Below, piece after piece: positions 44,701-53,509 of a stretch of 64,000 bases of DNA. The DNA is from Trypanosoma brucei (taxonomy: Eukaryota): assembly GCA_000002445.1 (NCBI GenBank), contig CP000071.1, forward strand, positions 1,216,001 to 1,280,000, written 5' to 3'. Position 1 is the first letter of the stretch, and each line of letters begins with the position of its first letter. A model generated the notes under the pieces. It saw nothing but the letters and a program-made list of their open reading frames with translations, did not search any database and was not told the origin of the DNA. The translations under genes and the position numbers were made by a program.

Positions 44701-46847
44701 GGTGGTGCACCTTCGCAGTGACCTCGGATGCGGATACGTTTCTGGTATAGTTCCCACGACCAATTGTTGCGGTTGGCCCACCACATGACGGACTGCGGAG
44801 CGCGGGTGAAAATTTCCTCTGTCCGAACAAGGTAAGGACAAGAGGCAAGAGCGACACGAAACCAGAAACGCGGGGCGAATGCCAGTGGGTGATCATCCAG
44901 TCCCGGTGCAAACGGTGTGGTGGACCCACTATAGCGTACAGTGATGGCGGTCCTACCGCTTTCTGCCATACGTTTCGAGAGGCGCTCAAGAACGGAAGTC
45001 TTGCCGCACGAGTGCCCCGCCTCAACGAAATGGAGCTGCTTCGACGCGGACGACGACATATAGTAGCCGCTCAACACGGAGAGTAGACGCTCCTCCACAA
45101 GCTTCCCCGCACCAAAAAGTTGCTGCAAACCCAGAGCCTCTGCTGCACTAAATCCTTTACCCAGTCGATCGGCACCCTTAATGGCGTCAAACAGTGTGGT
45201 ACGGGCTACACGTATGGTATGACGCTTCAGCCTGTGAAGGACGGAAAAATACTCATTCTGCACGGGGTTTCCCTGCCAGAGCTCGGGAGATGAGGACGGT
45301 TGCGGACTGCCACACCACTCACCGAGGGTCACGTTATAGTTTGTGCTACCTGTGAGGAAGACTCCACCTGCCAAAGTGGGAGCCGCCACATCCAATGCCG
45401 ATGGTGCGTTCCCGCTCACAATCATACTGTTACCACCGGGGTGCGCCCCTGAAAACCTCGTGCTATCCGAGTGTGTGAACATCTGGGTACTCATTGCAGT
45501 GCTAGGGCTAAACCCCCACTCGCCGGTGTTATGAAAAACAAAATAGCGTACGGGGATACTCTGCAACTGCAATGCCGATGCAGTCTGTCGCAGCAGGCCG
45601 GGAAGACGCTCCAGTGCGAGAAATCCGTAGTCCCGCAATGGGTGTAACTCCTTTGGCATATTGGGAGCTTGTGTCTCCAGCACCCTTAACATGGCATCAC
45701 TTAGAGTTGCATATGCTTTTTCGCGAATTTCTGCTTCAGCCTGCGGGTCGAGAGAAGCTTTCATCGCCTCATTGTCTTGTGCACCCATGTGCCGCTGCAT
45801 CATGTATTCCCTGCGCACACTTGCTATCACCTTCTTAACTAGACGGTGGTAGTGTTCTAATGTGCATATGTGCCCCGTTGAAGCGCCGTCAAATCCAATA
45901 CCGCCGCTCTGCAACATTGCATGGTTAGCTGGTATATTCAGTGAATCGAGGATAAATTTACCAATAATGTCAGCAGCCCACAATACCAGCGTATCCTCCA
46001 GCATGTTACTTGTATTTACAAGTTTAACCACCTCGTCTACGTACGTTTCGACGCTTTTATCCACGGCGGCATCCAGTAGACTGCGTGTACAGGAAGAAAC
46101 TTTTACCAGGTTGGGCTGCTCTGCCCACTGATAAAGTGTTGTGATGCCCGCCAGCCGCAGCGCCCTCAGATCATAATGTGGCGACTCCAATGAAAGACGG
46201 GAAACCTGTTTGTAGTGTGAGCTCTCCAGCAACCATTCGAGCCATGATCTCTTCCCATTGAGTGCCGCAAGCTGCCTTTTGGGCTGCATAGATGCAAAAT
46301 CCGTCAGGGAAACGTTTTCCACCCCCTCCGCGTTGGGGTCAATGAGAAGCCGCACAATATCGGGCAGCATCTCGGCTGCAAGGGATTCATCCGCTTTAAT
46401 GATATCTCCAATGCGTGTATCTAGTGTGGGGCCTGTAAGCACTGGCATTCGACGAGTGGCGGTGGCACGCATTGGCCCACATTGGGCCGCTGTGCTCTGC
46501 AGCACGCCAACGTTCTCCGGCATGATTCGTGCGCCCGCTCCCACTCTACTTGCCTCTTCCTCCATCATGGTAATGCTGAGGATGCCATCTAACTCTGTGG
46601 ATGAAGGCATACTCAACGGGGGTATGGAGGGTTTAACATTTAACATTGACGGCGGCACTGGGGTTGATGCTGCCGGTTTCGTTGTCTGTGCCCCACGGAA
46701 CCATGGTAAATGCGGAACACTATTTCCAGGAGGTGTGTAAGAAATCTTCCCCAAACTTCCAGTGTTATGCACCTGGTGTCTCATCAGTCCAGAAGTCCAT
46801 TGAACCGGCACCGCGATGACCGGCGAGATGACACGACGTCGCAGCAT
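41778..46847 (-). CDS. Large conserved hypothetical protein, paralog B (1689 aa), with a predicted P-loop NTPase (Walker A) insertion and an RG/KR-rich basic C-terminal tail
   Basis: ORF 41778..46847(-). It is homologous to paralog A over the N-terminal (LLIDPNAEGVENVSLTDFASMQPKRQLAALNGKRSWLEWLLESSHY...LRALRLAGITTLYQW), central (PPYGFPLLASPTRSKQRGSAIP...AFFANTLLERFPFRPSVGLNGGCDVVFVDGTTLALYD...RFAEALLGVLHCIE) and C-terminal (LESLLSSTLMQLVPDA) modules. Between them is a roughly 500-aa insertion containing VEAGHSCGKTSVLERL, which fits [AG]-x4-G-K-[ST]. N-terminus MLRRRVISPVIAVPVQW... may be a mitochondrial presequence. The C-terminus is GRGRSRGR...KKKQKKSALRMV. Confidence 0.6.
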   Translation of the reverse strand: MLRRRVISPVIAVPVQWTSGLMRHQVHNTGSLGKISYTPPGNSVPHLPWFRGAQTTKPAASTPVPPSMLNVKPSIPPLSMPSSTELDGILSITMMEEEASRVGAGARIMPENVGVLQSTAAQCGPMRATATRRMPVLTGPTLDTRIGDIIKADESLAAEMLPDIVRLLIDPNAEGVENVSLTDFASMQPKRQLAALNGKRSWLEWLLESSHYKQVSRLSLESPHYDLRALRLAGITTLYQWAEQPNLVKVSSCTRSLLDAAVDKSVETYVDEVVKLVNTSNMLEDTLVLWAADIIGKFILDSLNIPANHAMLQSGGIGFDGASTGHICTLEHYHRLVKKVIASVRREYMMQRHMGAQDNEAMKASLDPQAEAEIREKAYATLSDAMLRVLETQAPNMPKELHPLRDYGFLALERLPGLLRQTASALQLQSIPVRYFVFHNTGEWGFSPSTAMSTQMFTHSDSTRFSGAHPGGNSMIVSGNAPSALDVAAPTLAGGVFLTGSTNYNVTLGEWCGSPQPSSSPELWQGNPVQNEYFSVLHRLKRHTIRVARTTLFDAIKGADRLGKGFSAAEALGLQQLFGAGKLVEERLLSVLSGYYMSSSASKQLHFVEAGHSCGKTSVLERLSKRMAESGRTAITVRYSGSTTPFAPGLDDHPLAFAPRFWFRVALASCPYLVRTEEIFTRAPQSVMWWANRNNWSWELYQKRIRIRGHCEGAPPPLHAILVDDIDRVLDCMEHHIPQLTYPGGLMNSMDTNSTLQLSAGEATMGVGVPQNPQYHSPQNVEKGAASDIKAAGIPSPAPSGVGHHAQHEQQFTQDMVETALSKVTVALGQLNMVFTGHHVSKVLLVHADAPVRRYFVPLASGIGLQQRLRVLPLVSVLHALHQRFRLGFSGLMYEVLKNCPGLLGYTLDVFWSGRAALMDLRGGAPRLMQWSGTHPLLRSYVPSELFADLPQRNYLLRNPPEARMRLVELLQRQLSSPTGYLTRDVDTTLQDERDGLIVPYNHTACQVHPFALFTIFSHQDPLESPRETPIVRAWGEVWAEYCAVVSPMGTTSVRKRDALRVLLHGALLLRAVAVSGVQIDLNLKIPPYGFPLLASPTRSKQRGSAIPTIMKATPETVRKAGSAYRAFFANTLLERFPFRPSVGLNGGCDVVFVDGTTLALYDLVTTTEALRNISYRFAEALLGVLHCIEKNILPQHRIQTVHYVSVVSVDQASSTNSGMGGVSNGGEGANSRVSVLTTDEMFTATPVPIVPYFLDLSAVFEDSVIDRLRVLQEILGIDKEFRTLNDILDELESVYHVHVHQDVVASQAELESLLSSTLMQLVPDATVLPPYRAEVLPPNALMVDILDDEHEGSRRPEMERVESGAAVPHDAPTGDDFVGGDPIQDSAELLEAMMNDAFSSSAQEYPATPAQDPSATTASMESVAVGNPISSSIPAVENTPHPAATASQEDALAWLHDIVTPAAASSQESDRSSATAPIAAYPSASTSRPAVITAPLPFNRKSNSSVTHSAMGNRATSTAREPAAELKKVQEEVKRGKVSGQKIEVVEVEEVEVEEQSDVEQATRDNKGRGRSRGRVSGSGSGSGTDGKGSSTKAVTGKRGRKPLQRSNVPEKKPKQQQANLKRTVQSVTPKRSSSSSSTTAASSRGRNKSRELAKPAKRTTSRASVAAASKTDKNAKKKQKKSALRMV

Positions 46848-47322
46848 CCGCAGGTGGGCGCTCTATGATTTGCGTACTTGCGAACCAAAATAGGTGCGGT
46901 CGTTTCAACTAATTAATGACGATCTTCACGATGGATATACACATATACCATTATCATTTTTTTTTGTAGCGTCGGTATAGGTCGACGCGGAAAGAGAGAA
47001 GGAGGTTGAGGTGAGGAACAAAGAAAAGGAAAGTGTTTGCGAATAAGAATCCAAGTATTTAGTGGTTCCGTGTACCAAAGATCTTAGAAAAGAAGGGATA
47101 CGCGACGGTACACCACAAGCGTACCCGGCTACGCGCACAAGGACACCCAGTTCAGTTATTCCCCTTTACTACCATCCTCACTGATGCACCAGTGTCACGA
47201 GCTTAGGGAATAAACAGAAAATCAAGTACGATATATGTAACAGAGGATGGAGGCGGTCACAACAACAACACCGGAAAACAAAAAAAAACAAGGACTGTTC
47301 ACCTCCAGTCCAGCAATGGTCA

Positions 47323-48753
47323 TTACAAAACGAACTTGTACGGCTTTCCGCTCATACCAGGAGCAATCACCTCAGCATTCTCCCAAATTTCCGCAGCCCT
47401 TTCTTCGTCCAGTCGAGCTTCTTCGATGCGACCCAACGCTTCGCGTGCCTCAGCACGGAGTTGAAACAACGTCGCACACCGCTTCTGATTAACAAATCGT
47501 AATGCCCTTGTTAAATCGTCTTCAGCACGGTCGTATGATTTGAGTTTGCAATACACCATACCGCGGGCAGCGAGGACGGCTCCAATCGCCTTGCGATGCC
47601 TTTCTTTCTTAAGATCCGCTCCTTCATTGATGAAACTCATGCACGCCGTTAGGGACTTCAGGGCTCCTGCTGGGTCATCTTCATACACTTGTATTTTAGA
47701 CCGGGCGTACATTGCCATAACAAGTGCCATAAGCTTGTCGAACTTCGCATGCATATCAACACCAAATTTTTTCTGAATGTGTGCCCGCACCTTTGGGTGC
47801 TCCAACCATTTTTGAAAGAGGTCGATGTCCCGCATGTAGCGATTCACAAATTCGTGCGCTTTCTTGTAGTCCTGATTTTCTTCAATGATCATATGCGCAC
47901 CGTGCAGCAGGCCCCAGTGCACGAAACCATTGAACTCCTGCCGCTGCTGGATGTTTTCCTGCCCCTCACGTTGCGGTTGAAGGAGGTAATCCACTTGGTC
48001 CTCAACAAGTAAAGGGTTACCAAATGCTTCTAACCGCCGTCTGTCCTCATCAACAGCCTTCTGGATGTCAAACATAACTTGTCCATCCACAAAACCCTCG
48101 TCATCAATCTCATCCACTGCGGGATCGAAGCTTGGTGGCGGAACAAACCGACGGGTTTCATCAAACACCTCATCAGCCATATGAAAATCCGGATTGAGGA
48201 AGAAGTTATCGCCAGCATAACTCAGCTCCAACGGCTTGTCAGGGCCGTGCACCTCTTTCATTTCCGGCACAAACATGCCATCAAACTTCTTCTTGTTTTT
48301 GTCTAGCGGAGAAGCAAACATTCTCCCCGACCAGTTTTGATTTTCCTCCGGCCACCAGCGCGCCATTTCAGACTCCGATTGCTCCGGCAATGGCTCTTCA
48401 CCACGCCGCTGGGCATCTGTTGCCCGTTGCTGCTGTTGACGCCGCTGCTCAATGGCAACTGCCTCGCTCTCCCTTCTGGTGTTGTACTGCACACCACCGG
48501 GAGTTGCTGCAGGGGTTGTTGGAGGTGGTCGGGGCGGTGGATTTTGGGACGTCATGCGGCTCGGGACGGAACCACTTGTACTACTGCTTACACCTTCACG
48601 GCCAGATGCATCTTTGCAATCACATAAACAAATACGTGTCAAACTGCAGGTTAAACGCTTCTGCAGAGTGTTGACTAGCACTGGTGTTAACCCCCTCTGT
48701 CTGATGCGGTGGTTGAACCACATAAACTTGTCGCGCCGTTTGTGCCAACGCAA
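47323..48753 (-). CDS. Hypothetical protein with a C-terminal TPR-like helical domain (up to 476 aa; start possibly the internal MTSQNPP...)
   Basis: ORF 47323..48753(-). The C-terminal 200 aa are helical-repeat-like (KAIGAVLAARGMVYCKLKSYDRAEDDLTRALRFVNQKRCATLFQLRAEAREALGRIEEA). The N-terminal 60 aa (MRWHKRRDKFMWFNHRIRQ..., Cys-rich) look non-coding. Confidence 0.5.
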   Translation of the reverse strand: MRWHKRRDKFMWFNHRIRQRGLTPVLVNTLQKRLTCSLTRICLCDCKDASGREGVSSSTSGSVPSRMTSQNPPPRPPPTTPAATPGGVQYNTRRESEAVAIEQRRQQQQRATDAQRRGEEPLPEQSESEMARWWPEENQNWSGRMFASPLDKNKKKFDGMFVPEMKEVHGPDKPLELSYAGDNFFLNPDFHMADEVFDETRRFVPPPSFDPAVDEIDDEGFVDGQVMFDIQKAVDEDRRRLEAFGNPLLVEDQVDYLLQPQREGQENIQQRQEFNGFVHWGLLHGAHMIIEENQDYKKAHEFVNRYMRDIDLFQKWLEHPKVRAHIQKKFGVDMHAKFDKLMALVMAMYARSKIQVYEDDPAGALKSLTACMSFINEGADLKKERHRKAIGAVLAARGMVYCKLKSYDRAEDDLTRALRFVNQKRCATLFQLRAEAREALGRIEEARLDEERAAEIWENAEVIAPGMSGKPYKFVL

Positions 48754-49640
48754 AAATATCCGTCAGTGGTCTAAGGTGGCAAAAACCGGGGAAGGCGCAA
48801 CAAATTCTGCCTCCGCCTTCGCAGTACCGAAATAAGTTCCTCCCCACCCCACGGATGATGCCCCCACAACTGAAAACTTGAGTTAAAAAGTGAGTGAAAA
48901 GAGAGAAAGGGATTAACAGATGTGGTATGATATGATGCGTAACATACGCAAAGGCTGATATAAAGCGTAGAAGGAAGCATCTGCGAAACGTGGCAGAGAC
49001 CAAGTAAACCAACATTATGTACTAGAGATAGCGATACTGAGGCTGCACAAGCGCATCGCTACGGATTCAAAAGTTTTTTTTTAAAAAAAGGAGAAAAAAG
49101 GGAGCGAGTTAACCCCCCCTTCCCCTCAAGAGGCACCTGGTCCCTGAAGACCAGTGAATGAGCAGAAAGAACTGAATGTTGCTCAGTTTCTCCTCCCCCT
49201 TTCATCCATCTCGATTATTTCGTGACCCCGATCCCGCTCACAAAACATTGTCGCTCACTAAGGAACGTCTCAAAATTTATGCGCCCTGAAACTTCATTTC
49301 TGCCCCCTTCCCTCACCTAGGGGAACAACAGCCCCGGGTGAATAACAGGAAGTGTTAAATTGTACGCCAGTTTGCAGCACAAACAATGCCAATGATTTTT
49401 TGAAGCGTCGCATAAAGTTAAAACGAAAAAAGAAAACATGACAAAATACAATTTTAGTAGGAATAACAACCCCACCTTATTTATTTTAAAAAATTATTAA
49501 GAGAAAAATCACCAGCAACAAAAGAAGCAAAACATATGAAAAGCAAGATACCACATCCCCATATACTGATGGCAAATGTGCAGACTTCGAATTACTCTAC
49601 AGATTTCATTTATGTTTTAACAGCACAGCCGGCTACTAAC

Positions 49641-49642
<2 letters not shown>

Positions 49643-49686
<44 letters not shown>
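49643..49686. repeat. (AT)22 microsatellite
   Basis: Read directly. Confidence 0.9.
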
Positions 49687-49691
<5 letters not shown>

Positions 49692-49935
49692 TTGGAACTT
49701 CACGCACATATGAGGATGCTCACACACATTTGGCACCCACTGAGACCATCGCCTACCGAAAACCTGCACGCCTTCCTCCAAAAGTTCGCTTTGTTTTGCT
49801 TCCCCCTCAACAGACCCGTTCCCCTTTAGCACGGAAACGACCACTTCGTTTAAGTTAATTATGGTGAATGCACCGTGGAAACAATGAAGAAAAAAGAGCC
49901 ACGCCAAAACAATAAAAGAACCAACTAATCTGAAA

Positions 49936-49937
<2 letters not shown>

Positions 49938-49975
<38 letters not shown>
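49938..49975. repeat. (AT)19 microsatellite
   Basis: Read directly. Confidence 0.9.
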
Positions 49976-49978
<3 letters not shown>

Positions 49979-50034
49979 TTTATATACGTATACTTATCGG
50001 AAATTCCAAGACCCTGCTTCGCTCGAAAAGTTCC

Positions 50035-52854
50035 CTAAGCGGTAAAGGAAGGAGTAACAGTTTGTGAAGGAGTCGACAGGGAAAGGACTGCAGCCTCATA
50101 AAGAGAGAGAAGCACCATAAACTGATCCACTCTCAAGCGCTTCGTAGGTTCTAGTTCTAGAAGACCAGCTATCAGTCTCTGCATATGCAGCAGTTCTTGT
50201 GAATGTCTCGGCAGCGTGGGCATTACAGCTGCCCGTTCAGCAGCCTTTACGTAACAGTTTTGTGTGTGGTCCACATCAGACCGGCACTTTGGGTTTTGGC
50301 ATGGAGGATACAACCGCCGAGAGTACATCAGTTCGTATAATGTCGCCCCAAGGCTGTAACAATCGGTGGCGCGGCTACACATTTTGTGTTTGAGCGCGCG
50401 AAGGTCCATATAATCGTAGGTGCCAATAGCCCCCTTTACTCTATCACTATTTTTTGGCCCCACTATGCGACAATTACCAAAGTCACTCAGATAAAAAATA
50501 TATGGGCCGGGAACTGAATCACTCTGTGACCATAGTGCTGCCGGCTCCGTGGCCGGTCGACCTGAGGAGCCCAGTTGCGTCCCCGTCCCTAATGTACATT
50601 GCGTTTGTTCATATTGCTGTTGGGAATACTCTTGGGAGCACATACTTTTGCGTCTGTAAAGGATATTACTTGGCTTAACATCAAGATGCAAGATCCCAAA
50701 TTCGTGCATTGCTTGCAGTACCGTACCAACGCAAAAGCCAACGTCCCTGACGGCATCTGTGTTATGAGGAAAGTTTTCCAGGTCCCCATCGCACAAATCT
50801 GTTACAAGAAATATGGTTGCATCACACCGCATCGTATCCTCCGTGGTTATGGTCAAAAACCGCGGTAATCTCACACTTTCACCTTGTTTACCCCCATCCA
50901 AACTCCCGTTCACGTCACTGTTTGACCATTTCTCTCCGTATTCATCTTCCCTTCCATCAGGTAGTATTCGTTGCGCCTGACACAACTGTTCCCCCTGTGG
51001 GACAAGTGATCCTTGCCATTTCACGGAGATTGCGACATCGGGAGGAAGACACTCTTGGCCCTGCACAAAGAAGGCACTATGGAGTGGAAGAACGTATGGG
51101 ACTCCGTGCTTTCCCAAAAAGCGCATGACGACGACTTCGCGCAAAGTAGAAAGTGCATCGCTAACGCTGCCTCGACTCTGCAAACTTAAAGGACACGACT
51201 TCACAGCGACAACATCTCCTCTCAACGTACGGCAACGCCATACGAACCCAAAACTACCCTCGCCAACATATTCAACATCCTTGAACGCACCCCAGAACAC
51301 TCCTTCTTCAAGACAGTATTTTTTTGAAATGACGTGTTCCACTGCCTCATAAAACGATTCACGAGTAAAGGTTGTGTGAAATAACGGACGCAACTCTTCT
51401 ACAAGACGAGTATCTCTCAAAGTGCTGAATTCGTGATCCACCGGCGTACTTTCACTCACTGCTTCCGCACTACTGACCTTCATTGTGCTCGACATAACGG
51501 AGAAGCTATTCAAATCAACGGGTTTACACCGTTCAGTAGGAAAAAGGAGATCCAATATACTACCCGTTGGTGAAAATGTTTCTTTCCATTGGGGACATGT
51601 TGATGGTTTTGGCTCCGGCGTGTGGTTTTCAGGGGAAGGCAAATCCTCGGCGAGGCAATCGCGCGGACCTCCTCCATTCGCCGTGGCGGTGACGAGTTGG
51701 GCTGCCCCTGTCGCTGGTGTCTCTGCTCTGCTGCTACTATCACTATCACTGTCATCAACAAGGATGTATTCTCTGCCACCACTACTGGCACATGAGCAAT
51801 AGCTTTGGCACGTCGCAAAAAGATGATCATCAGAAAATGCAATGGACGATTGTTGCGTGGAAGGTAGAGGCGGTAGTGGTGACGCCGTATTTGCTGCAGC
51901 TCCTCGAAGGGTGACTTTTGTGGTGTGGTCTTCATCAGACGATGCATAGCTATCATCACAAATAGTGTAGTTGCTTGTAGATGAACTTCCTCCGCGCGGA
52001 CCCGTTCCATGGGCACGTAGAGGTTCTTTGCGCTCGCGAGGCGTTTGGTCAAGCACCCCTGAAGCGGCATACCGACACTGGTTTTCTCGAAGCTGTTCAC
52101 CGCGGGTGAATGATGGTGCATTATGCTCTCCCCTGGCAGTAGACCAAGTGCCGTGCGATTCCTCTGACCTCCCCGGAAAATATGACGTCGTACATAGCGC
52201 ATCCTCAGCATCGTCGACGTCTTCGAAGGAAATACAATGCCCTTTCGAGGGCTTGGTGAGTCTTGTGGTTGTTATATGCCGGACAGGGGCAGCTAAATGG
52301 CGGTCGACTGTGGTGGAAGTGGCACTACCCACACCCTTCACCCAGCCCATTTTGCCATATGCAGGACTAATCCCAGTGTTGGCGACTAAAGCGTTACTGC
52401 AACCAAAACTACCGCTACTCCCCTCTTCCTCACGTGCTGAGAGGCGCTCTGCCACATACGCGATGGGGCGGGGTGAAGTATTAGAGTTTTGAGCGGTACC
52501 CCTGCAATCTCTGAACCGGTGATGTGAGGTCATCATAGCACCCCAGCCGTCCACACATGACCCCATGCGATGAGGCATGAACCTCGATACTGAAGGAGTT
52601 CCGGCCCCAATTACTGATGGTCGCACATTATGGGAGGATACAACACCGCTTCCACCTGCTGCAGCTCCTACTGATATTGCTATTTCTGGATTTGACAGAA
52701 GTGACTCCCTACCCGACACCTCATTCGGTACGGCTTCATTGTCGTCACTGCAACTGATACTCCAGCTGCGTTCACGATTCCGTTTGGTTTGACGTAATCC
52801 CATCGAGGAGTTCGCTGTTGAGGTACCCCCCTGTGGTCGTCTGATTTCACTCAT
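50035..52854 (-). CDS. Atypical Ser/Thr protein kinase with a long Ser-rich N-terminal extension (939 aa)
   Basis: The kinase subdomains sit in the C-terminal third: Gly-loop YVGEGSFGFVWRC, β3 Lys VAVKSC, catalytic loop LHLDVKPSNILY (HLD rather than HRD), DFGNCRIVG, and a G-T-Y-D-Y-M activation segment that lacks a canonical APE. There are large inserts between subdomains. Confidence 0.75.
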   Translation of the reverse strand: MSEIRRPQGGTSTANSSMGLRQTKRNRERSWSISCSDDNEAVPNEVSGRESLLSNPEIAISVGAAAGGSGVVSSHNVRPSVIGAGTPSVSRFMPHRMGSCVDGWGAMMTSHHRFRDCRGTAQNSNTSPRPIAYVAERLSAREEEGSSGSFGCSNALVANTGISPAYGKMGWVKGVGSATSTTVDRHLAAPVRHITTTRLTKPSKGHCISFEDVDDAEDALCTTSYFPGRSEESHGTWSTARGEHNAPSFTRGEQLRENQCRYAASGVLDQTPRERKEPLRAHGTGPRGGSSSTSNYTICDDSYASSDEDHTTKVTLRGAAANTASPLPPLPSTQQSSIAFSDDHLFATCQSYCSCASSGGREYILVDDSDSDSSSRAETPATGAAQLVTATANGGGPRDCLAEDLPSPENHTPEPKPSTCPQWKETFSPTGSILDLLFPTERCKPVDLNSFSVMSSTMKVSSAEAVSESTPVDHEFSTLRDTRLVEELRPLFHTTFTRESFYEAVEHVISKKYCLEEGVFWGAFKDVEYVGEGSFGFVWRCRTLRGDVVAVKSCPLSLQSRGSVSDALSTLREVVVMRFLGKHGVPYVLPLHSAFFVQGQECLPPDVAISVKWQGSLVPQGEQLCQAQRILPDGREDEYGEKWSNSDVNGSLDGGKQGESVRLPRFLTITTEDTMRCDATIFLVTDLCDGDLENFPHNTDAVRDVGFCVGTVLQAMHEFGILHLDVKPSNILYRRKSMCSQEYSQQQYEQTQCTLGTGTQLGSSGRPATEPAALWSQSDSVPGPYIFYLSDFGNCRIVGPKNSDRVKGAIGTYDYMDLRALKHKMCSRATDCYSLGATLYELMYSRRLYPPCQNPKCRSDVDHTQNCYVKAAERAAVMPTLPRHSQELLHMQRLIAGLLELEPTKRLRVDQFMVLLSLYEAAVLSLSTPSQTVTPSFTA

Positions 52855-53509
52855 TATCCTACAAATACCGCCCTTGACTTATTAATAGTTGGTCACCTCC
52901 TCCTTACTTTCACTTTTCCACTGAGGCTCCTTACCCACAGGTGATGAAACTTATAATAAGGGTAAGGAAGAACATGGGATAGCGGCAACAACATTAAAAA
53001 TGTTGCGAAAGTAAAAAAAAAAAAGGACGGTGCGCAGTGGACGGCTCTCCGCTTACACGAGTTCGCCCACGGGCAACGGAACCAAGGAAAGAACTCTACT
53101 AAAAAAAAAAACAGCCTGTAAACAGGGCAGTGAAAGTCCTCATAACTCTACACACACCCACGCATGCACACACCCACAAACCAATAAACTCGAAGCACCG
53201 CAACTGCAATGGAACAATATGGAAAAAACAAACAAATATGGAAGGAGAATTCGAGTAGCAAGGGCAACAGCGAAGGCACCGCACAAGCGGGTATGTGGAT
53301 GTACGCACCTCTCTCTCCCTCTCTTTCTCTACCATGCAACAAAACAAAATGATTTAGATGAGAACGTGCCAGACATTGTGAAGTTATGGAAACAACAGCG
53401 GGAAGAAGCGTGGGGGCTCGCATGTATGGTTTAAAAAAAAAAAGCTCCTGGGAGAATACATATCCACATCTGTGGTTGCCTCCGTGTAAAACCCCAAATA
53501 GACCTTGGC

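Noticed and set aside
49617-49940. Minus-strand 107-aa ORF between the two (AT)n arrays
   Set aside because: It reads through the (TA)n tract (YIYIYIYIYIYI), has no start context and is not conserved-looking. It is most likely spurious.
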